Positions 51,398 through 62,731 are shown, counted from the first letter of the stretch. The stretch is 64,000 bases of DNA from Phormidium sp. (GCA_051013385.1 CP143273.1:128001-192000), one strand, 5' to 3'. Program-made: numbers and translations. Notes: generated from the letters alone by a model not told the origin.

Positions 51398-52530
51398 TTA
51401 ATCTTTAGGACTCAATTTTCTTAGTAGCATAAGTATACCCAACACTAGCGATCCAAATGCTAAACCAAAAATGATACTCCAGAGAATCGACCAGACAAAA
51501 GGATGAACTGGGAGAGAAAGATTGGGTAGCCATTTAATTGCAATATCTTTACTCAGAGGATAGCTAGAAGCAAAGATTCCCCCAGCACCTATTGCAGTAC
51601 CAAAGAAAAAGATGATGTTTTGGAGATAGCGATCGCGTTTTTTTTCTCTCTGTTCTTGGTTTTTTGTTTGTTCTAAGGCTAGGCGATCGCGTTCTCGTTC
51701 AGCGGCTTCCTGTGTGGCTAGGGTTTCTTGTAATTGGCGATCGCGTCTATTCTCGTCCTCTTGCCATTTTCTATCAATTTCCACCTGTTCAATTTCTACC
51801 ATGCCTCGAATTGTAGCAATCATTTGTTGGAATAAATCTTGGCTGGGAAATAGGTAGCCTAAGTCTGCTTGAATTTGTTGCTGATATTTATTTTCGGCTA
51901 AATCCAGAAAGTCTTGCCAAAATTCCAGGCGATCTCCTTCTCAGCTGAAATTTTTAATTTCCTCTAAAGCTTTCTTGTAGTTTTCAGTATTAATTGCGAG
52001 CGTATTGTGATATTCTCGCAAGTTTCGCAGACAGCGCGAGTAATCAAAAACTTCTTTTCTGATTCGTGCTAATAATTCCTTTAATTTGTTTAATCTATTC
52101 TCAGGATTTGGTTCGCTTTCAATTTGAGCAAATGCGGGAATTTCTTTTTCGATATCAGTGGCAATACCTTGTCCTTCGCGATACCATTCCTTAGATTTTT
52201 GATAGGCAAATACTATTTTTGCACGACCACATAGTAAATTGAGTAAATAATAATTAAAGTTGGTGTTTGCCAGCTTTAATGTATCAGGATGGCGCTTTAA
52301 CCATATTAAAATGTGACAGCGTTGGGTAGGATTTGAGTTGCGATTATCGTATTCAAAAATTGGGCTGCCAAATAACTGTCCTTCGGCAATAAATTTGGGT
52401 GCGGGTTGGAATTTATCCGGTAAAAAAGCTTTTAGGCAATTATCAGCGAGGCTACGATAATCATTGTAGACTACTGGCTCGGCATAGATTAATATTGTTT
52501 GACCGAGAGATGCTTGTAAAGGAGTAAACC
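51398..52530 (-). pseudogene. Frameshifted, 5'-truncated hypothetical membrane protein
   Basis: Upstream frame ASLGQTILIY..GQLFGSPIFEYDN shifts near 51945 into the frame of the 51398-51823 ORF. Limits are approximate. Confidence 0.55.
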
Positions 52531-52604
52531 CAAGATACCTGCGGCAGTTTCGGAGTTTTTGGGAATAATAAAATCTACACTATGACTATGCAATAAATTA
52601 GTGA

Positions 52605-53375
52605 TTTCTTCAGCAATCACCATCAACTCAAACAGCTTGGGAGAAAAAGGAAATTAGGGGAATTTATTTAAGTCGGTATCAAGCAACTAATAATGCTGAT
52701 GAAGAAACGATTCGTCAACGAGTTCGTTATTATCGCTCTCAAGGAATAAATACAATTATTCATGGAGTATGGGGAAACGGTTGCACGATGTATAAAAGCG
52801 ATGTAATGCAACAAACATTCGGATATAAAAGTTGTCCCAACCAATTTAAAGAGCAATGGTTAGAATGGTTGATTGATGAGGCGCACAAGCAGGGAATGCA
52901 AGTCCATGCTTATTTTGAAAAGGGGATTAAAATTGACAAAAATAGCCCCATTTTTGATGAAGCAATTGCTAAAAGATGGATTGTACCAGGGGTTGATAAA
53001 ACCTATCCAGGTATCGAACATTATGTACTAGATGTGGAAGTTCCAGAAGTAGCTCAGCTTTTCAAAAGTATTTTAGTAGAATTTGTCCAAAAGTATCCTA
53101 CAATTGATGCAGTTCAATGGGATGATTACTTAGGTTATCATGCTGATTTACCGGGTAAAGTCGATCGCACAACCCACTTAACAAATTTCGTCAGGCAAAT
53201 GAGAGATGATATGAAAAAAGCTAACCCAAATGTTAGTTTCGATTTGTGTCATCATAATCCTTATTGGGGTAAACGTTATTTGGCGGCTGATTGGTCAAAT
53301 TGGGATGTTGATCGAGTTTTCATTCAAACTTATAACGATGCTAATTTTAACCAAGAGCTAGTTTATGCCGAGTAG
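52605..53375 (+). pseudogene. Glycoside hydrolase family 10-like (DUF187) fragment
   Basis: EIRGIYL..GINTII.GVWGNG, EAHKQGMQVHAYFE, DAVQWDDY; no proper N-terminus and an early stop. Confidence 0.65.
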
Positions 53376-53551
53376 TTTTGTCTAGCTGCACATTGGTAAT
53401 CGGAGAGCCATCTTTGTGAGATTGAATCAAATCAAGCGCAGCAAATAATTTTTCCTTTAACAAGAATGGATTATTCAAGATTTAACACCTAGCAATTGAA
53501 ACCTACAAGATTTATCATTCAGGAAAAAGGTCTAGTAATCAACCATTATTT

Positions 53552-54200
53552 ATGAGCAATACAGAAGTAGTCGTAATTGGTAGCGGAATTGGCGGTTTGA
53601 GTTGTGCGGCAATATTAGCACGTTATGGTATCGATGTTACGGTAGTAGAAAGCCACTCCATTGCAGGCGGTGCGGCTCATGCTTTTGAACGTGACGGCTA
53701 TAAATTTGAATCTGGGCCATCATTATATTCTGGTTTATCTTACACCCCTTCTCCTAATCCCTTACGCCAAGTTTTAGATGCTATCGGGGAAGACTTACCC
53801 TGCATCAATTACAATACTTGGGGTTGCTATCTCCCAGAAGGGTATTTTGATGCTCAAGTTGGTGCCGAGCAGTTTTGTGAAGTGTTGCACAAATTGCGGG
53901 GAGAACAAGCTGTAACTCAATGGCGTAAATTACAAGAAATTATGGCACCTTTGGGAAAAGCCGCGATCGCACTTCCACCAGCTGCCCTCCGCTACGATTT
54001 AGGAGCAGTATTAACAGTAGGTAAATTCGCACCATCTCTTCTACAACACGCCGCTAATGTAATTAAATTAACTGGGCCATTTTCCCAAATTATTGATGAT
54101 GTAATTACAGATTCATTTATTCGCAATTGGTTAGATTTATTATGTTTTCTGCTATCAGGATTACCTGCAAATGGCACAATCGCCGCCGAAGTAGCTATGC
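53552..54200 (+). pseudogene. Phytoene desaturase/carotenoid isomerase family protein, truncated by ISL3
   Basis: VIGSGIGGL..ESHSIAGG.AH.F..G..FESGPSL; only about 216 codons before the IS end. Confidence 0.85.
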
Positions 54201-55490
54201 GGTTCTTCCGTACTTACTGTGCTAAATTATTAATGAAGTGTGAAGAGAGCTAGGAAATGAAGAATAGATTGTTGACGAAGATACTAAATTTACCAGGAGT
54301 TATAGTAGAAGAGAGTCAAGAAACAGAAGATACATTAATTTTATTTGTCAAATTAGAAAAGAAAACAGCAGCTTGTCCTCGCTGTGGTCAAATAAGTCGT
54401 CGTCTGCATCAAAATCAAAGACATTTAGTAAAAGATTTACCATTGAGTAATAGAGAGGTAATTTTATCAGTGAATCGCCGCCGATTTAAATGTGAAAATT
54501 GCCGCAAGCCTTTTAGCGAAAGCTTAGATTTTGTGCCAAAAAAGAAAAGTTTTACACATAGATATGCAGAATCTATTACCCAACAGGTGGTACATAGTGA
54601 TATTAAGAACGTTGCTCTCCACAATGGATTAACTGCTGAAGAAGTAGAATCAATGGTGATGTATTTTACTAAATGTATGCTGCCTATTGATTTGAGTAAC
54701 TTACGAAGATTAGGAATAGATGAAATTAGTTTAGTCAAAGGGCAAGGCAAGTTTATCGTAGTCTTAGTAGACTTAGAAACCCATAAATTAATCGGGTTAG
54801 TGCCAGCCCGAAAACAGATAGAAATCGAGAAAGTTATGCAGCAATGGGGAGAAAAAGTTTTGGCACAAATAGAAGAAGTAAGTATAGATATGACTGGAAA
54901 TTATAAATTTTTAATTCACAAAATCTGTCCCAATGCGGAGGTAACAGTAGATAGATTTCATGTTGTAAAAATGATTCATGAAGAATTAAATCAAGCCAGA
55001 ATAGACCAAAAGAGAACCGCAGAAGAACTAAATGTCAAAGCCAGAGCGAAATTATTTGGTAGTTTAAAAGGTAGCAAGTACACTTTATTAAAAGCTGAAA
55101 ATAAATTATCTTCCAAACAAAAAGAAAAATTAGAGCAGGTTAAAGGAGCTTCTCCTTTAGTCGAAATCATGCACTCATTAAAAGAAGAATTACATCAAAT
55201 ATTTGAAGAAAGTGAAAATTTGGGAGAAGGAACATTAAAGTTAATGGACTGGTTAGCTATAGCTCAAAATTATTATCGAAAAAGCACCGCTACAATCAAG
55301 CGGTGGTTCGCCGAGATAGTGGGATATTTTGAGAATCGCACAACCAACGGAATAGTAGAAGGAATTAATAATAAACTCAAATTGCTCAAACGTTGTGGAT
55401 TTGGCTTTAGGAATTTCCGCAACTTTGAATTAAGAGCTTTATTATTTTGGCACTTCCCTAATAATTTAGCACAGTAAGTACGGAAGAACC
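54201..55490 (+). mobile_element. ISL3-family insertion sequence
   Basis: Perfect 32-bp terminal inverted repeats GGTTCTTCCGTACTTACTGTGCTAAATTATTA; no target duplication. Confidence 0.95.
54257..55477 (+). CDS. ISL3 transposase
   Basis: Zinc finger CPRC..CENC, GIDEIS, SIDM, DRFHV, TNGIVEGINNKLK..GFRN. Confidence 0.95.
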   Translation: MKNRLLTKILNLPGVIVEESQETEDTLILFVKLEKKTAACPRCGQISRRLHQNQRHLVKDLPLSNREVILSVNRRRFKCENCRKPFSESLDFVPKKKSFTHRYAESITQQVVHSDIKNVALHNGLTAEEVESMVMYFTKCMLPIDLSNLRRLGIDEISLVKGQGKFIVVLVDLETHKLIGLVPARKQIEIEKVMQQWGEKVLAQIEEVSIDMTGNYKFLIHKICPNAEVTVDRFHVVKMIHEELNQARIDQKRTAEELNVKARAKLFGSLKGSKYTLLKAENKLSSKQKEKLEQVKGASPLVEIMHSLKEELHQIFEESENLGEGTLKLMDWLAIAQNYYRKSTATIKRWFAEIVGYFENRTTNGIVEGINNKLKLLKRCGFGFRNFRNFELRALLFWHFPNNLAQ

Positions 55491-55655
55491 GGCATTTTAA
55501 CTCAAACAATGTGTTTAGTAGCAACAGCTATGGATTTAGCTCCTTGTGCTATAGCATACGGGGATGCCGATCTATTTGCAGCAGCAGTGGGAACAGATTA
55601 CTACGCCGAAACATCTGTAGGAGAATTCATTCTAGGCAGTAAGCAAAGCGATTAA
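55491..55655 (+). pseudogene. 3' remnant of a SagB-family (azoline) peptide dehydrogenase
   Basis: GILTQTMCLVATAMDLAPCAIAYGDADLFAAAVGTDYYAETSVGEFILGSKQSD* starts exactly at the IS boundary. Confidence 0.7.
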
Positions 55656-55841
55656 GGTTCCACTTAGGCGGGTAATTACCTACCCAAAAATGGTCAAAGT
55701 TTGGCGTTGCAGATATTAATTAAATTTAACTGAATAAAGCAGATTAAAAGTCAGCTTAATTCAGTCATTCTCAGGCTTGTACTCAGTCAGTAGGAAGGTT
55801 TGATGAAATTATCCAACTCACAAACCAAGAGTACAAATTTT

Positions 55842-56342
55842 ATGAAGATTTCTCAAAATTGCTTAGAGTTAATTAAGAAGTGGGAAGGGCTGTATTTAAA
55901 TGCTTACAAAGATCCAGTTGGTATCCCAACCATAGGATATGGAACTATTCGATATCCAAACGGACAGAAAGTAAGGATGGGTGACAAGATAACACAACAA
56001 GAAGCCGAAGCTTTTCTGCAATTGGAATGTGATGAAGTAGCTGAAAAAGTCTCTAAGTTAGTTAGCGGAATTTCACTCAACCAAAATCAGTTTGATGCGC
56101 TGGTATCGCTCTGCTATAACATTGGTACTGGAGCATTTGAGGATAGTACCCTTCTGCGAGAACTCAAAGCTAATAACTTTGCCAATGCAGCAAAAGAGTT
56201 CGATCGCTGGGTCAAAGGAACGCAAAACGGTGTAAAGATAACCCTTCCGGGTTTAGTTAACCGCAGAAGAGAAGAGCGTGCGCTATTTGAGAAATCAGGT
56301 GGACAAGGAACTCCCACTGAAACCGAAACATCCAATTTTTGA
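55842..56342 (+). CDS. GH24 phage-type lysozyme (possibly C-terminally truncated)
   Basis: LIKKWEG..AYKDPVGIPTIGYG, NQNQFDALVS..YNIG, GLVNRR..E.ALF. Confidence 0.88.
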   Translation: MKISQNCLELIKKWEGLYLNAYKDPVGIPTIGYGTIRYPNGQKVRMGDKITQQEAEAFLQLECDEVAEKVSKLVSGISLNQNQFDALVSLCYNIGTGAFEDSTLLRELKANNFANAAKEFDRWVKGTQNGVKITLPGLVNRRREERALFEKSGGQGTPTETETSNF

Positions 56343-56787
56343 CCGAATAAGCATAAGTTAAATCCATTAGTTTTTGAGCCAATTCAATCAACTGCTGTTT
56401 ATCTAATCTAGCGGCAAGTTGTTTTGGTTTTAATTGTCCGTTCAAAACTTCTAAACTTACCGGACGAATTGCTGCTTCTAAGTTTTCTTAAAAGAAAGGT
56501 TGCCATTCATCAGCATTGATGTAATAGTAAGTTTTATTATCTTTGAGATTCAGTTTTTTAATTTGGCGAATTGAATCGTTAATTGAATTAGCCCAAGAGT
56601 TGGTTAAGCGTTGCTCAATTTGATTTTTAATTAAGTGAATCATTAACCGTAAGAGAAAGGATTCAATATTCCGAATTATCGCTTGTTTACTCATCCCTTC
56701 TAGTTCGTCCACAATTGCCAAAGCATCATCATATCTTCCTTCTAAAATGCTGCTTCTTAAATCTATGAGTTCTTGTGTCATAATCAT
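56335..56787 (-). pseudogene. Second DUF29-family gene, frameshifted and truncated
   Basis: Paralog of 33196-33621; stop at 56488, continuation in the 56257-56445 frame until it collides with the lysozyme end. Confidence 0.72.
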
Positions 56788-56812
56788 TCATCCCTACGCT
56801 TTATTTTTTTTA

Positions 56813-57382
56813 TTATTTACCTAAAGCAGCTTTTAGTGACGCTATTTCTTGGGTAATTGCTTCCCGAAAAGCTCTTTCTTGATTTAATGCTTCCACTAAT
56901 TGCTGAGTATATTCGTTCAGGCGGTTTAATTGTTGTTGTAGTTGCTGCCATTCTCTAGGGGTTGGCTGGTTAGTTAGTGGAGGTTGCGTGATAGAGTTTT
57001 CTAAATTACCTCCACTAACTCGTTCTGGGGCTGCTGTAGCAGCGGCGATCTGCTTTTCTTCTTTTAGTGCTAACACTTCTAATTGTTTAATTCGTCTGGT
57101 TAAAACTTGGATTTGATTGCGTCGTGCGATCGCTCCTACAGCACGCTTGTATTTGGGACTTTTCGCACTTCCCAGATAGCGTTTCATTTTGACGGCTCTC
57201 TGTTTGCCAGAAGAGTTCGACTTGGGTGCGGCTTCCATCAGGCGGTAGTAGGTGTAATGCTTTCCATTGGGTTTAGGAACCACAAAACTCGATATCCAAG
57301 TGTTAGATGCGGCTACTTCTCCTTCGGCTTGAATTTGTTCGATTTGCTGATAAAGGGTGGCAATGCGGGCTATGGTATTCAT
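56813..57382 (-). CDS. Hypothetical protein: basic N-terminal domain plus C-terminal coiled coil
   Basis: WISSFVVPKPNGKHYTYYRL..KRYLGS; Gln/Leu-rich C-terminal helix. Confidence 0.7.
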   Translation of the reverse strand: MNTIARIATLYQQIEQIQAEGEVAASNTWISSFVVPKPNGKHYTYYRLMEAAPKSNSSGKQRAVKMKRYLGSAKSPKYKRAVGAIARRNQIQVLTRRIKQLEVLALKEEKQIAAATAAPERVSGGNLENSITQPPLTNQPTPREWQQLQQQLNRLNEYTQQLVEALNQERAFREAITQEIASLKAALGK

Positions 57383-57438
57383 TGGATCGAGTTAGTGGAG
57401 GTTTTTTGATTAACTTTATTATATCACCTCCACTAACT
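56972..57438. promoter_or_regulatory. Two copies of AGTTAGTGGAGGT-N23-ACCTCCACTAACT
   Basis: Copies at 56972-57020 (inside the CDS) and 57390-57438 (upstream, enclosing a minus-strand TATAAT). Confidence 0.75.
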
Positions 57439-57522
57439 TTTGCTCAGAAGCAGGCGCGATTGTTCTAAAATTTAATCTGATTCCACCCGCTTTATTTCTC
57501 CTCCTCTAATGCAGATACAAGA

Positions 57523-58158
57523 ATGGGGCAGAAAACTTGTTTAGCGTTGGCTAAATTAGTGGAAATAGCTAACTTTAATTTCGATGTAAAAAGGTTTAGT
57601 GGCAATTATTCGCCCACAAAAGTAAGCAAGCGAGAGCTACCTAGCGATGAAGCGATCGCACTTTGGAGAGATTTAATTACTAATGCCCAATGGCAATGGT
57701 GTTTTGGGATGTTAGCAACTTACGGACTCAGACCCCATGAAGTGTTTCACTTGGATTTAGAACATTTTCCCACACAAGGGGGAGTGTTGCGGGTGATGGA
57801 GGGTAAGACCGGGGAAAGGAGAGTTTGGCCTCTACATCCTGAATGGGTGGAATATTGGCAGCTAATGGATGTCAAAGTGCCAGTTTGTACAGGGAGGAAT
57901 AATAAGGAGTTGGGGCAAAGAGTATCGCAATATTTTCGCAGACAGGGAATAGAGTTTCGCCCTTACGATTTGCGTCATGCTTGGGCAATCAGAAGTATGG
58001 AGTATGGACTGGAGGTGTGGTTGGCGGCGAAGCAAATGGGGCATTCGGTAGCGATACATATCCAGACTTATCATGCTTGGTTGGATGAACATCATCAGCA
58101 GCAGGCTTTTGAAAGGTTATTGAATAATCCAAAGCGACCTGTTGCTCCTGTTCATTAG
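57523..58158 (+). pseudogene. Tyrosine recombinase/integrase, catalytic domain only
   Basis: TYGLRPHE, GKTG.R, PYDLRHAWA, MGHSVAIH..TY; N-terminal part absent. Confidence 0.82.
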
Positions 58159-58200
58159 CTATAGATAATCTAGACACAAATCTAGATTCTTAGCCGAGGC

Positions 58201-58218
58201 TTTACATTTCTTTACAGA
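58201..58218 (+). promoter_or_regulatory. HLR1-like direct repeat upstream of the GST gene
   Basis: TTTACATT-TC-TTTACAGA. Confidence 0.5.
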
Positions 58219-58284
58219 AAGCCGGTTGTATGGATATGATTGATACAGTTTTGACTCGAGCGCAAATTACCCTAATAACCTTCC

Positions 58285-59490
58285 ATGACTGTCACTCGAT
58301 TAAGCTTTCCAGAATTAGAAACAAGGGCAAACTATGAAATCGATAGGGTTAATGGCCCAACCAATGCTCAAGCTGATTTGCGTTTATTTGGGAAGAGTGA
58401 ATCCGATGTGCGAGTGACATTATACCGAGATCATCATGCTTGGTGTCCTTACTGTCAGAAAGTCTGGCTGTGGCTGGAGGAAAAGCAGATTCCCTACCAG
58501 ATTAAAAAAGTGACGATGTTTTGCTATGGGGACAAAGAAAGTTGGTACAAACGTATAGTGCCATCAGGGATGTTACCAGCACTTGAGCTAGACGGGCGCG
58601 TAATAACCGAAAGTGATGACATTTTACTGGCGCTAGAACGAGTATATGGTTTCTTGGGCTATGGGATGGAAGACGATAAGGTTGTCCCTCTGCGACGGTT
58701 GGAAAGGCTGTTATTTAGAGCTTGGTGTTCCTGGCTGTGTTACCTGGCGAGGTCTAAAGGAGATGAGCAACGTCATCGCGACCAATTTATTAAAGTAGTT
58801 GGTTATGTTGAGGAAGCATTAGGCAGCACTCTAGGGCCTTATTTCTTAGATAAATTCAGCGTCGTTGACACAATTTTTACGCCTTACGTAGAACGAATGA
58901 ATGCCAGTCTTTTCTATTACAAGGGCTACTCTTTAAGGGAGGAGAACCCACGTTTGGCAGATTGGTTTGCAGCGATGGAAAGCCGACCTACTTATCGTGG
59001 CACTCAAAGTGATTTTCATACCCATGCCCATGATTTGCCACCACAAATGGGGGGTTGTTGGTCAAATGGAGAACCAAAGACGAAAAGCAATCAAGTACGG
59101 GTGGATAATGGGCCTTGGTTTGGATTGCCTGATGTGACTTATCCAGAACCGGAAACCTCACGGGCAGAAGCATTGCAACGAGTACTGAAGCATCGCGCCA
59201 ATATTATTAAAGTTAATCCGGCTGATGATGGGTTGTTTGAAGAAGCTTTGGGTTGTGCGTTAACTTATATGATGACTGGGAAGGTTTGTGTGCCACCACC
59301 GGGTTCTGATGTGGCTTTGCGGTATTTGCGCGATCGGATTAGTGTACCCAGAGATATGTCTATCTATGCTGCTAAACGGTTAAGAGAAGCGTTAGAGGCA
59401 ACAGCGGCTTTGGTAGGCAATGGTCAAGGTACTCCAATCCCAGTAAATCATCGACGGGATCAAGACCCGGCTAATTTTGGCAAGAAATAA
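58285..59490 (+). CDS. Glutathione S-transferase family protein
   Basis: [22 protein letters not shown]-terminal GST helical domain. Confidence 0.9.
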   Translation: MTVTRLSFPELETRANYEIDRVNGPTNAQADLRLFGKSESDVRVTLYRDHHAWCPYCQKVWLWLEEKQIPYQIKKVTMFCYGDKESWYKRIVPSGMLPALELDGRVITESDDILLALERVYGFLGYGMEDDKVVPLRRLERLLFRAWCSWLCYLARSKGDEQRHRDQFIKVVGYVEEALGSTLGPYFLDKFSVVDTIFTPYVERMNASLFYYKGYSLREENPRLADWFAAMESRPTYRGTQSDFHTHAHDLPPQMGGCWSNGEPKTKSNQVRVDNGPWFGLPDVTYPEPETSRAEALQRVLKHRANIIKVNPADDGLFEEALGCALTYMMTGKVCVPPPGSDVALRYLRDRISVPRDMSIYAAKRLREALEATAALVGNGQGTPIPVNHRRDQDPANFGKK

Positions 59491-59499
59491 TGATTAATG

Positions 59500-61149
59500 T
59501 TAGTTTTCTTTGTCGAAAGTCCGATAGTAATCACAGCCGGAAATAGTAGCACGTAATGCGCGATCGCTAATAATACTATCGAATTTGATTCTTTCCGGCG
59601 TTCGCGAAGCGTGTGCTTGCACGTATCGCAGATCTTCTCCAATTCGGAAAACACCGTTTCCTTGCGGTACTAACACTTCTCCATCTCCCCAAACTGGGTA
59701 GATTATCCACAACTTATCCTGACGTAAAATAATCCAAAAATTGGAGTACCAGGGATTATGAGAACGGTAATGTCCTGTATAAGCTAACCATTCGGGGGGA
59801 TAGTTAAAAGTCTTGGTCCCGGTGTAGCGATCGCTCACATACCACTGCTCTCCATAGAACACTTCTACTACTTGATTATCCGACCGCTTAAAAGTTAAAA
59901 GAAAAAGCGCAAAATCGGGATGATTAACATAAAAGTTATCCCCATAACGCCGTTCTAAAATAATTTGTTCATCTTGATATTCTAAAATTAAATGTTGATT
60001 TTCGACAAGGAAAGTAAGTTGTTTGTTATCTCCCAAGTAAGTACCTGCATAATCATTAGCATTCTCAATGACTGTCGGATGATTAATAGCAGGTAATGAA
60101 GGTAATTCTTGCTCGGAAAGTTCAGCTGTAATCAACTGAAGCGCTACTCTAGATATTTCCCCAGGATTTCCTGGTCTATTGCACAAAACAACAACTCCCA
60201 GTCCCTTATCTAAATCAAATGTAATATTGGAAAGATGACCAATCATTCCCCCATCATGAAAAATGTAATTCTGGTCATTAAATCTACCACTTGCTAAACC
60301 ATATCCATAAAAAACTTCTTCAGTTTTATTAACTTTAATTACTGGTTGAACCATCAAATTAAAACTACTTTCCGAAATAATTTGCCCTGATGGTGTGCGT
60401 CCTTTATTTAATAAAAAGCGCAGGTAAATTGCCATATCCGCAGGTGTAGAAGCAATACTACCATCAGCAGCACCATATTCTAACCAAGGTGCTGGTACAA
60501 GTGGGTAATTATGCGAGTAAGGACGGTCATCGTAAAAGCGTTGATAACCAACAGCTAATCGGTTTCGGATAGCGTGGGTAATCGCAGGTTCAGTATTAAC
60601 CATACCTAAAGGTTGAAGAATACGTTGGCGCAAAATATCTGCGTAACTTTGACCGATTAAATGTTCTAAAACACAACCAAGAGCTTTATAACCAACATTA
60701 GAATAATGAAAATATTCTCCCGGTGGTGAAGTAGCTGAACTTTGTGCTAAAGCGACAACTTCATAATGAGAATTAGGTGTAAAGTCTCTACCAGTGATAA
60801 TACCCGCAGTATGGGAAAGTAAATGATGAATAGTAATAGGTTCGTAGATAGATTTTACTCCAAACCAAGGCAGGTATTGAGTGACGGGTGCGTGTAAGTC
60901 TAATTGTCCGGCTTCGTAGAGTTGAAGTAAGGCAATGCTAGTGAAAGATTTACTAATTGAGGCAATAGGAAATAAAGTTTCGGGAGTGACAGGAATATCG
61001 GCGGCAATGTCGGCTTTACCATAAGTGGAAATATGTAACAATTGTTCTCGATCTGTAATCGCAATAGCTAAACCTGGAGTATGATACTCCTGCATTTTTT
61101 GACCGATGAAATGGTCGAGTTGACGTAAGGCTTCTGAAAATTTGTTCAT
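59500..61149 (-). CDS. Serine hydrolase (beta-lactamase family)
   Basis: SxxK (ASISKSF), HLLSHTAG, YSN, HDGG. Confidence 0.9.
   Translation of the reverse strand: MNKFSEALRQLDHFIGQKMQEYHTPGLAIAITDREQLLHISTYGKADIAADIPVTPETLFPIASISKSFTSIALLQLYEAGQLDLHAPVTQYLPWFGVKSIYEPITIHHLLSHTAGIITGRDFTPNSHYEVVALAQSSATSPPGEYFHYSNVGYKALGCVLEHLIGQSYADILRQRILQPLGMVNTEPAITHAIRNRLAVGYQRFYDDRPYSHNYPLVPAPWLEYGAADGSIASTPADMAIYLRFLLNKGRTPSGQIISESSFNLMVQPVIKVNKTEEVFYGYGLASGRFNDQNYIFHDGGMIGHLSNITFDLDKGLGVVVLCNRPGNPGEISRVALQLITAELSEQELPSLPAINHPTVIENANDYAGTYLGDNKQLTFLVENQHLILEYQDEQIILERRYGDNFYVNHPDFALFLLTFKRSDNQVVEVFYGEQWYVSDRYTGTKTFNYPPEWLAYTGHYRSHNPWYSNFWIILRQDKLWIIYPVWGDGEVLVPQGNGVFRIGEDLRYVQAHASRTPERIKFDSIISDRALRATISGCDYYRTFDKEN
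59601..59624. repeat. 24-nt small dispersed repeat inserted into a HIP1 site
   Basis: GCG[TTCGCGAAGCGTGTGCTTGCACGT]ATCGC. Confidence 0.8.
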
Positions 61150-61224
61150 TTGTCTTGCTCAAAGTTTAGTCAGAGTGGAACAATCGGGGAAAATAGAAAC
61201 TTCTAAGATAAGCAAAAAGCCAAA

Positions 61225-62583
61225 ATGGAAACCATCAAATACCTTTTAACAGAAAACCAAATGCCCACAGCCTGGTATAACATTCAGGCAGACTTACCCA
61301 CACCACTACCCCCCGTTCTCCATCCAGGTACAGGACAACCCATTACTGGCGATGACTTGGCTCCCTTGTTTCCCATGAGTTTGATTTCACAGGAAGTCAG
61401 CCAAGAACGTTGGATTGAGATTCCTGATGAAGTGCAGTCTATCTACCGTCAATGGCGACCTACACCACTATATCGCGCCCGTCGTCTGGAAAAAGCCTTG
61501 GACACGCCAGCCAAAATATACTACAAGTACGAAGGAGTCAGCCCAGCCGGAAGTCACAAACCAAATACTGCCGTTGCTCAAGCATACTACAACAAACAAG
61601 CAGGGGTAAAGCGTTTGACTACAGAAACCGGAGCCGGACAGTGGGGTTCTTCTCTGGCATTTGCTGGGGCGTTGTTTGGGTTAGAAGTTTTAGTTTACAT
61701 GGTGAAAGTGAGTTACAACCAAAAACCTTACCGTCGAGCATTGATGGAGTCTTACGGAGCCAGAGTAGCTGCCAGTCCCAGTGATGAAACTCAAGCGGGA
61801 CGGGCAATTTTAGCAGAATATCCCAACAGCACTGGTAGTTTGGGTATTGCTATCAGTGAAGCAGTAGAAGTAGCTGCTCAAGATGAAGAAACTAAGTATG
61901 CTTTGGGAAGTGTCCTCAACCACGTCTTATTACATCAAACGGTGATTGGACTGGAAGCATTAGCACAGTTGGAAATGGCAGGCGATTATCCAGATGTTAT
62001 TGTTGGATGTACGGGTGGAGGTAGTAACTTCGCTGGTATCGCCTTTCCGTTTTTAGGGGCAAAGCTACGGGGAGAGAGAGATGTAGAGATTATCGCGGTA
62101 GAACCTGCTGCTTGTCCAACTTTAACTCGTGGTAAGTATGCGTATGATTTTGGGGACACGGCGCACTTAACGCCATTAGTAAAAATGCACACTTTGGGCA
62201 GCACGTTTGTACCGGAAGGGATTCATGCAGGTGGTTTACGCTATCACGGAATGGGTCCGCTTGTGAGTCATGTGGTGAACTTGGGACTGGCTCAACCTCG
62301 CTCGGAATATCAGTTAGGTTGTTTTGCAGCTGGGTTGACTTTTGCTAGAGCAGAAGGGATTCTTCCGGCACCGGAGGCGAATCATGCGGTGAAAGCAGCA
62401 GTTGATGAGGCGTTGAAATGCAAAGAATCGGGTGAAAGTAAGACCATTTTGTTTAATCTTTGTGGTCATGGACATTTTGATATGCAAGCGTACATGGACT
62501 ATCAGGCTGGAAAACTGATTGATACGGAGTATAGTTCAGAGGAAGTGGCAATGGCTTTGGCAGGTTTACCTGTGGTTGGTTAG
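61225..62583 (+). CDS. trpB2: TrpB2-type (TrpB-like) PLP enzyme
   Basis: [42 protein letters not shown]; no trpA adjacent. Confidence 0.92.
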   Translation: METIKYLLTENQMPTAWYNIQADLPTPLPPVLHPGTGQPITGDDLAPLFPMSLISQEVSQERWIEIPDEVQSIYRQWRPTPLYRARRLEKALDTPAKIYYKYEGVSPAGSHKPNTAVAQAYYNKQAGVKRLTTETGAGQWGSSLAFAGALFGLEVLVYMVKVSYNQKPYRRALMESYGARVAASPSDETQAGRAILAEYPNSTGSLGIAISEAVEVAAQDEETKYALGSVLNHVLLHQTVIGLEALAQLEMAGDYPDVIVGCTGGGSNFAGIAFPFLGAKLRGERDVEIIAVEPAACPTLTRGKYAYDFGDTAHLTPLVKMHTLGSTFVPEGIHAGGLRYHGMGPLVSHVVNLGLAQPRSEYQLGCFAAGLTFARAEGILPAPEANHAVKAAVDEALKCKESGESKTILFNLCGHGHFDMQAYMDYQAGKLIDTEYSSEEVAMALAGLPVVG

Positions 62584-62616
62584 AGCGAATTTGCTCCTTT
62601 GAGAAAGTCTAAAAAG

Positions 62617-62640
62617 TGATGTCTTTTTTGAGACATCACG
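62617..62640. terminator. Hairpin after trpB2
   Basis: GTGATGTCT-TTTTTG-AGACATCAC. Confidence 0.5.
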
Positions 62641-62731
62641 ATTTAGAAATCGCTGATTAGAAACAGTTTTAACAACAATTATTGCTGAAGAAATGTAAAT
62701 TTAGTAATAATAATTACCGAGCGATCTAAAC

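Noticed and set aside
55800..58158. Intact prophage
   Set aside because: No structural, terminase or holin genes; the integrase is truncated.
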